A stretch of DNA of 64,000 nt from positions 480,001-544,000 of the forward strand of contig JANRJK010000013.1 in the NCBI GenBank assembly GCA_033764015.1, given 5' to 3'. Shown here in pieces: positions 58,394-64,000 of the stretch (position 1 is the stretch's first letter; every line of letters begins with the position of its first letter). The stretch comes from Candidatus Sumerlaeia bacterium (lineage in GTDB: Bacteria; Sumerlaeota; Sumerlaeia; SLMS01; JANRJK01). The notes under the pieces are model-generated. The model was not told the origin of the DNA, did not search any database, and saw only the letters and a list, made by a program, of their open reading frames with translations. Position numbers and translations under genes: made by a program.

Positions 58394-60328
58394 TCAGACC
58401 CCTCCCGGGCGTTTCCGCTTCCGATCGAAGACCAACGCACCCTCCAGCTTCTTCGTCGCTTTGCGCAGGGGCGCCGGGCAGTCGGACGCGCTGAAGAGCA
58501 CGAACCGGAATGGAAGCCTGTCCAGCCGTTCCATCATCGCGTCCTCGATCTTCTGCTTGGCGGTTTCCTGCGACGTGTGAAGTCCCCGGGGCCCAATCTC
58601 CAGCAGGACCATTCGCGCCTTCTGGTCTGCGAGCTCCTTCACTTGCTTCTGGACGATCCACGCTCGGACCACCTCGGGCGAAGACTCCATGGCCGCCCTG
58701 AACGGCTCGAGCTCGCCTTCGCTCAGTCCGTGTGGAAGGAAGACGTCCTTGCGTGAGATGGTGGACCGCTCCTCGGCGGCGCGCTCGAACGCCTCGGCGT
58801 CCGCGTCCAAGGCGCCCAGCATCCCGCGCGCCTCCCCGTGCTGCCCGGTTCGCCGATAGTAGGCGTAGAGCACTTGCCGAGCGGAGTCGGCGATCAAGCG
58901 GTCGCGCCCAAGGAGGTCCTCAAGCAGGTCGAGGCCGCGCTCGCAGTCGTCCTCCAGCAGGAGCCGCCCGGCATGCAGGCGCGCGCGCAGGCTCTCGGGA
59001 TGCCCCTCCAGGTACTGCTCGGTGAATCGCAGGGCCGCCCCGGGGCCTTCCAGAAACTCGAGAACCTCGATTCGCTCGCACGCCAGCTCCTCGTTCGCGG
59101 GGTCGCTGGGGCGCTTCGCGTCGATCTCCGCCAGCCGCTTGCGCGCCTCCTCCATCTGGTCGACCAGTATCTCCCACGAGTCGGCGAACCAGTTTTCCAG
59201 CGTGAACTTGTCGAGGAGATCCGCCACTTCCGAAGTCCCATGCGGGAAATACTCGGAAGTGGCGGGAGCTTGCACCCGGGGAGGCCATAGCCCACGGACG
59301 GCTAGCAACGCTTTCGCGTCCCCGCCTTGCACTTGCACACCGATCGCCTCCAACCGGTCGACAAGGGAAGGGTGCGTGTCGTCGTACTCGGTCTCACGCA
59401 GCAGCATTCGTTCAAGCGATTCGTCGAGCCCCGTTCCGTCCGCCTTGGCGGTGGCTGCCGCGATGGCCAGCGCGGCGATGGAGGGTGGATTCCGCGCACC
59501 GCTGCGGGCCAAGGTCATCAACGACTCGTTCAGCCTAGCGGCGTATCCGGCGCCCAGAGCGTGGAATCCGAGAAGCATTCTCGCCGTCTCTTCGACCCCC
59601 GAGACCGCCACCGACGCCGCGTCGGCCTCGTACTCCCGCGCGCGCATGAGGGCGAAGGCCCTCGCTCCGAGCCGGGGGGCGTACCAGGTGACGAATTGGC
59701 GCACGAGAAACCCCTGAGCCGCGATCCCGCTGTCGCTAGCCAAGCGGTCCCACATCGTTGATATCATGCAGATTCGCGCCCTGAACTCGCCGTGCAGCCC
59801 GGAAAGGCGCCCAAGTTCATGGGCGAGGAGGGCGCGCACCTGCGGACGGGACATCGCGTGGAGCAGCGGCAGCCCGATCGACAGTGTCCTCAGCTGCCAG
59901 CCGAACGCGCCGAGGCGAGGGGTCTGCGCGAGCGAGGCGTTGAACTCGTCCGTGAGCAGGACTTGGTGTACAGCCGGGCATTCGAGCCGCGTCCTGAGCT
60001 CTTCCAAGTCTGCGAACAGTTGAGGGGAGTGGCGATTCTCGATCACCACTCCAGTTGGCGCCGGAACCCTCACCATGAGAGCTTGGGCCAATCCTACATT
60101 GGCCGCGAGCGCCACGATCAGGACCGCCATGGCGACGACTCCTGCGTGCCCGGATAGCACGAGCAGCACGGCCGCGAAACTTGCGGAGATACCCAGCAAC
60201 GCCAGCAACCCGAAGTACAAGTGGCCCAGCGCGGCGAACAGCAGCACGCCCCGCCGGAAAGCCGCCGGGTCGCGCTCCTCCAGCTCCTCGTAACGGTGGA
60301 CCCTCGCCTCGAACTGCTCGCGCTTCAT
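58394..60328 (-). CDS. M48/HtpX-like membrane metallopeptidase homologue with helical C-terminal region; zinc motif altered (HELGR)
   Basis: Two TMs, FNAS, LSIGLPLL, LAHELGR, EYEADA, DTHPSLVDRL. Confidence 0.8.
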   Translation of the reverse strand: MKREQFEARVHRYEELEERDPAAFRRGVLLFAALGHLYFGLLALLGISASFAAVLLVLSGHAGVVAMAVLIVALAANVGLAQALMVRVPAPTGVVIENRHSPQLFADLEELRTRLECPAVHQVLLTDEFNASLAQTPRLGAFGWQLRTLSIGLPLLHAMSRPQVRALLAHELGRLSGLHGEFRARICMISTMWDRLASDSGIAAQGFLVRQFVTWYAPRLGARAFALMRAREYEADAASVAVSGVEETARMLLGFHALGAGYAARLNESLMTLARSGARNPPSIAALAIAAATAKADGTGLDESLERMLLRETEYDDTHPSLVDRLEAIGVQVQGGDAKALLAVRGLWPPRVQAPATSEYFPHGTSEVADLLDKFTLENWFADSWEILVDQMEEARKRLAEIDAKRPSDPANEELACERIEVLEFLEGPGAALRFTEQYLEGHPESLRARLHAGRLLLEDDCERGLDLLEDLLGRDRLIADSARQVLYAYYRRTGQHGEARGMLGALDADAEAFERAAEERSTISRKDVFLPHGLSEGELEPFRAAMESSPEVVRAWIVQKQVKELADQKARMVLLEIGPRGLHTSQETAKQKIEDAMMERLDRLPFRFVLFSASDCPAPLRKATKKLEGALVFDRKRKRPGGV

Positions 60329-60482
60329 GCCGCCGACACCTCGCGGACAATTGTGAAGAAACGTCGATCCAGGACTCGGGCTCCGTGCAACGCTAAAGCC
60401 CGTTCGATCCGACGCCAATGCGCGACCGAAGCCCCCCAATCCCGCGGAGTCGGCTCGTTCGGCGATGTGTGCGCTGTGCGAA

Positions 60483-60559
<77 letters not shown>

Positions 60560-60722
60560 GGTCCAATGGTGGTGTAGCCTGCGCGACCGGTGGGCCGCCA
60601 AGGAAAATGCGCGCCCGCAACCACTGGCGGGCTTGGCGGCGGGCGATTCGGCCTTGCATTCGCTCCCCCCTGCGCGACGCCATCGTGTCGCCGCCGCGAG
60701 CGGCCCCCCATTCGGAGCCTCC

Positions 60723-61988
60723 TTGGACAGTCCCACGCCGGCGGGCGCGCCCGGTTCGCTCGTCACCATTCCGAACAGCCCGTGGCGGCTCGCCGCCGCG
60801 ATGGGCGCCCTCTTCATCACCACCGGCGTTTTCCTGCCGTTCCTGCCGGTCTACGCGAGGTCGCACGGCATCGGGGCGTCGGGGACCGCGCTGCTCCTCG
60901 GCATGATCCCGTTGGCGACGATCGCCTGCGCCCAGTATTTGGGCTACTTGGCGGACATGTTCTTCACGCGCACCCGGCTGATCATCGTGTCGGCGGTCGT
61001 GTGCTTCGCGATCGCGTGGCTCTTTCCGCTGGTTCCGCCGACGACGGCGTGGCTCGCCGCGCTGACGCTGCTCTACACGGCGATGTGCGCCGCTCGCATG
61101 TCGATGATGAATTCGATCGTGCTTGCGAGCCACCGTGGCGACGAACGCTACGGGGCGATCCGCATCGCCGGTTCCGTCACCTTCACGGTGGTGATCTTCG
61201 CGGTGGGGTGGCTGGTGGACCAGCCCTGGGCGCGGATCGAGTACGTCTTCCCGGTGCTGGCGTTCGGCGAGCTGGCGATCTGGCTCGCCGCGGCGGGGCT
61301 GCGCGACCTGCCCCCGGCGGAGCGCCTCGCGAACGCGCCGCCGCGCATCGGCTTCCGCGAAGCGCAACGCCGGCTCCTGTCGCATCCCGTCCTGCGGCCC
61401 TTCTACGTCTTCACGCTCGCGACGCAGCTCAGCGCCTACGCGGGGCACCAGATGCAGGTGCGCCTGCTGCAGGAGATGGACGAGTCGGCGCTGGTCTCGA
61501 CCGCGAGCCTCGCCATCGGCGCCATCGCCGAGATCGCTATCTTCGCAGCCTCGGCGTGGATTTTCCGGCGCTTCCCGCTGATCCGCCTCATGGCGGTCGG
61601 GGCCGCCGCGCTGAGCCTCCGCTGGGCGCTCGTGTGGCTGTTCCCCTCCGCCGCCGTGGTGCTCGCGTCGAACGTGCTCCACATGCTGACGTTCGGCCTC
61701 GCCTTCCTGACGGGCATCCTGTTCGTCAACCGCATGAGCCCGCCCGAGCTGAAGTCGAGCGGTCTCACGATGTTCGGCATGTTCTTCTTCTCACTGCCCG
61801 CGCTGGTGGGATCCGCCGTCTCGGTGCTGGTGCTGCGGTGGGTGTCGATCTTCGACTTCTACGGCCTGATGTCGCTGGCCGCGCTGGCAGCGCTCGCGAC
61901 GGTCCCGCCGCTCGCGAGGGCGTGGGACGAGTACTGCCGCATCTCGATGCAAGTGCCTCGCATGGAGATGCTCGGGCGGGTGGCCTAG
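60723..61988 (+). CDS. MFS transporter (MFS_1-like)
   Basis: About 12 hydrophobic segments, GYLAD and YGAIRIAGS motifs; TTG start with GGAG assumed. Confidence 0.85.
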   Translation: MDSPTPAGAPGSLVTIPNSPWRLAAAMGALFITTGVFLPFLPVYARSHGIGASGTALLLGMIPLATIACAQYLGYLADMFFTRTRLIIVSAVVCFAIAWLFPLVPPTTAWLAALTLLYTAMCAARMSMMNSIVLASHRGDERYGAIRIAGSVTFTVVIFAVGWLVDQPWARIEYVFPVLAFGELAIWLAAAGLRDLPPAERLANAPPRIGFREAQRRLLSHPVLRPFYVFTLATQLSAYAGHQMQVRLLQEMDESALVSTASLAIGAIAEIAIFAASAWIFRRFPLIRLMAVGAAALSLRWALVWLFPSAAVVLASNVLHMLTFGLAFLTGILFVNRMSPPELKSSGLTMFGMFFFSLPALVGSAVSVLVLRWVSIFDFYGLMSLAALAALATVPPLARAWDEYCRISMQVPRMEMLGRVA

Positions 61989-61992
61989 CCGC

Positions 61993-62439
61993 TCAGCCCG
62001 CGGCGAGGGACTTGCCGATGGCTTTCAGATCCTCCTCCATCGCCTTCTTCATCATGCCGACCATCGCACCCGCGAGGAGCGCCATGGCCTTCGCAGCAGC
62101 CGTTAGCGGCGTGGCCTCGAAGCGGAGCACCACACGCGTGCCCGCGCCGTCCGGCGACAGCTCGAACGCCGTGCGGTAGCGCATGCCGTGCGATTCGCAG
62201 CCCACCTCGACCAGCCGGTCAGGCTCGAGCGCCGTCAGCTCCAGCACCTCGGTCGCCTCCTTGCCGAACATGATCCGCTTCTCGCGCCACTTCGTTCCGA
62301 CGCCGCACTCGCCGGGCGTGAGCATCTCGACCGACTTGATCGCCGGGATGCGCGAGGGGCTGCCGGGGATGTCGATCAGCGCGGCGTAGACGGCCGGGGG
62401 AGGGGCGTCGATCCGGTGCTCGGTTTCGAAGGCGGGCAT
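61993..62439 (-). CDS. SRPBCC (polyketide cyclase/dehydrase-like) family protein
   Basis: IDAPPPAVY, GVGTKWRE, GTRVVL, C-terminal helix EDLKAI; AGGAG RBS. Confidence 0.85.
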   Translation of the reverse strand: MPAFETEHRIDAPPPAVYAALIDIPGSPSRIPAIKSVEMLTPGECGVGTKWREKRIMFGKEATEVLELTALEPDRLVEVGCESHGMRYRTAFELSPDGAGTRVVLRFEATPLTAAAKAMALLAGAMVGMMKKAMEEDLKAIGKSLAAG

Positions 62440-62591
62440 GGCGGGTCTCCTGTTCGTGGGGCCATTGATCGCAGCCCTATCGCCTCGCCTTGGCAAGTCG
62501 CAAACCGGTGGCTGGCATCGGCGGTCGCGCTTGACCGTGCACTAAGGAAGCGCTTGATTATCGCCTTCGGCCTTTAAAGGGGTGGCCCGCC

Positions 62592-63368
62592 ATGTATCCG
62601 CGCCGACTTTCCGTGCTCTCCGCCTGCCTGCTCCTCGCGGCGGCATTTCTGCTCCAGTCCTGCAAGAAGGCGGAGGAGGCCCCGGCGGGTCCCGTCCGCG
62701 ACAAGGTGGTCGTCGGCACCGAGGCGGCCTACCCGCCGATGGAGTTCGTCGACGACGCCGGCGAGATCACCGGCTTCGACATCGAGCTGATGCGCGCCAT
62801 CGCCGCCGAGGCAGACTTCGACGTCGAATTCCGCAACCTCTCCTGGGACGCGCTCTTCGGCACGCTGATGAATGGCGACATCGACGCCATCGTGTCCTCG
62901 GTCACCATCACCGAGGAGCGGAAGAAGACCATGGCCTTCACCGATCCCTACATCAACAGCGGCCAGCGCCTGATCGTCCACAAGGACCGGGGCGGGAAGG
63001 ACAACCGCCTCGAGACGATGGACGGCCAGACCATCGGCGTCCAGATCGGCACCACGGGCGCGACGCTGCTGGAGGACCTGTTCCCGAACGTCAAGGTGCG
63101 CGTTTACGAGAACGTTATCCTTGGCTTCGAGGATTTGTCGCAGGGTAACCTCGACGGATTCTTCGTGGATGCGCCCGTGGCGGCGTACTACCGCGACCGC
63201 GGCCGCTTCGAGAACCTGCTCTTCGTCGAGCAGGAGTACTCATCGGAGCAGTACGGGATCGTGGTGGGCCAGGAGAACGCCGAGCTGCTCGCTCGCATCA
63301 ACGACGGCCTCGCGAAGGCGAAAGAGAAGGGCATTGTTAAGCAACTCGAGGACAAGTGGCTCCGCTAG
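62592..63368 (+). CDS. Polar amino-acid ABC transporter substrate-binding lipoprotein
   Basis: Lipobox LQSC; YPPMEF, GFDIEL, ITEERK, FTDPY, GVQIGTTG, EQYGI. Confidence 0.93.
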   Translation: MYPRRLSVLSACLLLAAAFLLQSCKKAEEAPAGPVRDKVVVGTEAAYPPMEFVDDAGEITGFDIELMRAIAAEADFDVEFRNLSWDALFGTLMNGDIDAIVSSVTITEERKKTMAFTDPYINSGQRLIVHKDRGGKDNRLETMDGQTIGVQIGTTGATLLEDLFPNVKVRVYENVILGFEDLSQGNLDGFFVDAPVAAYYRDRGRFENLLFVEQEYSSEQYGIVVGQENAELLARINDGLAKAKEKGIVKQLEDKWLR

Positions 63369-64000
63369 TCTCGCGTGGTGGGCGGTCCTCGGGCTGTCCG
63401 CGGCGCTCGCGGCCGGCGCCCTCCTGCATGACACGAACCGCGAGACGAACCCGTTCTGGCGGCTCTCCGAGACAATCCTGACGGCGTCGAAGACGACGCT
63501 CTACCTGATGGCCGCGTCCGCCGCGCTGGCCACGCTCTTCGGCATCGTCATCGCCGTCTTCCGGGTGTCGCGGAAGAAGCCGCTCCAATTCCTCGGCGCC
63601 ATCTACGTCGAGCTGATCCGCGGCGTGCCGCTGCTCGTGCTCCTGCTGCTGATCTACTACGGCGTGAACCGCCACCTGGGGCCCACGTCGAACCCAACGG
63701 GTCTCGACCTCCGCCTGAGTCAGTTCTGGGCCGCGGTCGTGGGCATCTCGCTTTGCTACGCGGCGTTCATCGGCGAAGCGATCCGCGCCGGAATCCAGGC
63801 GATCCCGCCGGAGGAGATCGAGGCCGCCGTCCTCGAAGGCAACCGCTTCCAGGTCTACCGCTACATCATCGTGCCCCAGGCGTTCCGCATCGTCCTGCCC
63901 TCGTGGACCAACGAGATGGTGGCGATGCTGAAGGACACGTCGCTCGTCTACGCGGTCGCGCTGACCGACATCACCTGGGCGGCGAAGATCTTCGGCGCCA
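63334..64000 (+). CDS. Amino-acid ABC transporter permease, 3'-truncated by window edge
   Basis: Frame +1 read by hand: YVELIRGVPLLV, AAFIGEAIRAGIQAIP, IIVPQAFR, LKDTSL. Start (TTG 63334) uncertain. Confidence 0.88.
   Translation, partial: MLSNSRTSGSASLAWWAVLGLSAALAAGALLHDTNRETNPFWRLSETILTASKTTLYLMAASAALATLFGIVIAVFRVSRKKPLQFLGAIYVELIRGVPLLVLLLLIYYGVNRHLGPTSNPTGLDLRLSQFWAAVVGISLCYAAFIGEAIRAGIQAIPPEEIEAAVLEGNRFQVYRYIIVPQAFRIVLPSWTNEMVAMLKDTSLVYAVALTDITWAAKIFGA

Noticed and set aside
58335..60482. Integrative element at tRNA-Ile2
   Set aside because: No integrase and no convincing duplicate of the tRNA 3' end at the proS side.

Overview
High-GC bacterial chromosome segment, mostly housekeeping and surface genes. 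I found no integrase, transposase, prophage or CRISPR array. In order: a 5'-truncated 7TM-HD phosphohydrolase; a complete, translationally coupled his operon with two fusions (HisC-HAD and HisA-HisI-HisE); an orphan NtrC-type regulator; a secreted S8 protease; a stand-alone infB with a long GDRP repeat; hpf plus a Cys-motif hypothetical; PPi-PFK; a ~3,300-aa HYR/Ig-repeat surface protein; a lipoprotein; a second S8 protease; a pseudaminic-acid cluster (pseB, C, F-like, G-H fusion, I); carA-carB-guaA; tRNA-Thr and tRNA-Tyr; a pseudophosphatase/J-domain protein; tmRNA; a ~1,900-aa beta-helix/zinc-peptidase-like protein; TetR with a DevBCA-like exporter; archaeal/eukaryotic-type proS; an M48-like protein; tRNA-Ile2; MFS; SRPBCC; and an amino-acid ABC transporter. 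The most notable signals are (i) strict cysteine covariation across neighbouring repeats of the giant surface protein, implying a pattern of disulfide-stapled versus free hinges, (ii) an apparently inactive LMW-PTP fused to a J-domain, (iii) a terminal VxxWxxY motif that may be a lineage-specific sorting signal, tentatively suggesting Ca. Sumerlaeota/BRC1 (inference), and (iv) the fused his operon. Start codons were chosen by eye and no database searches were run.
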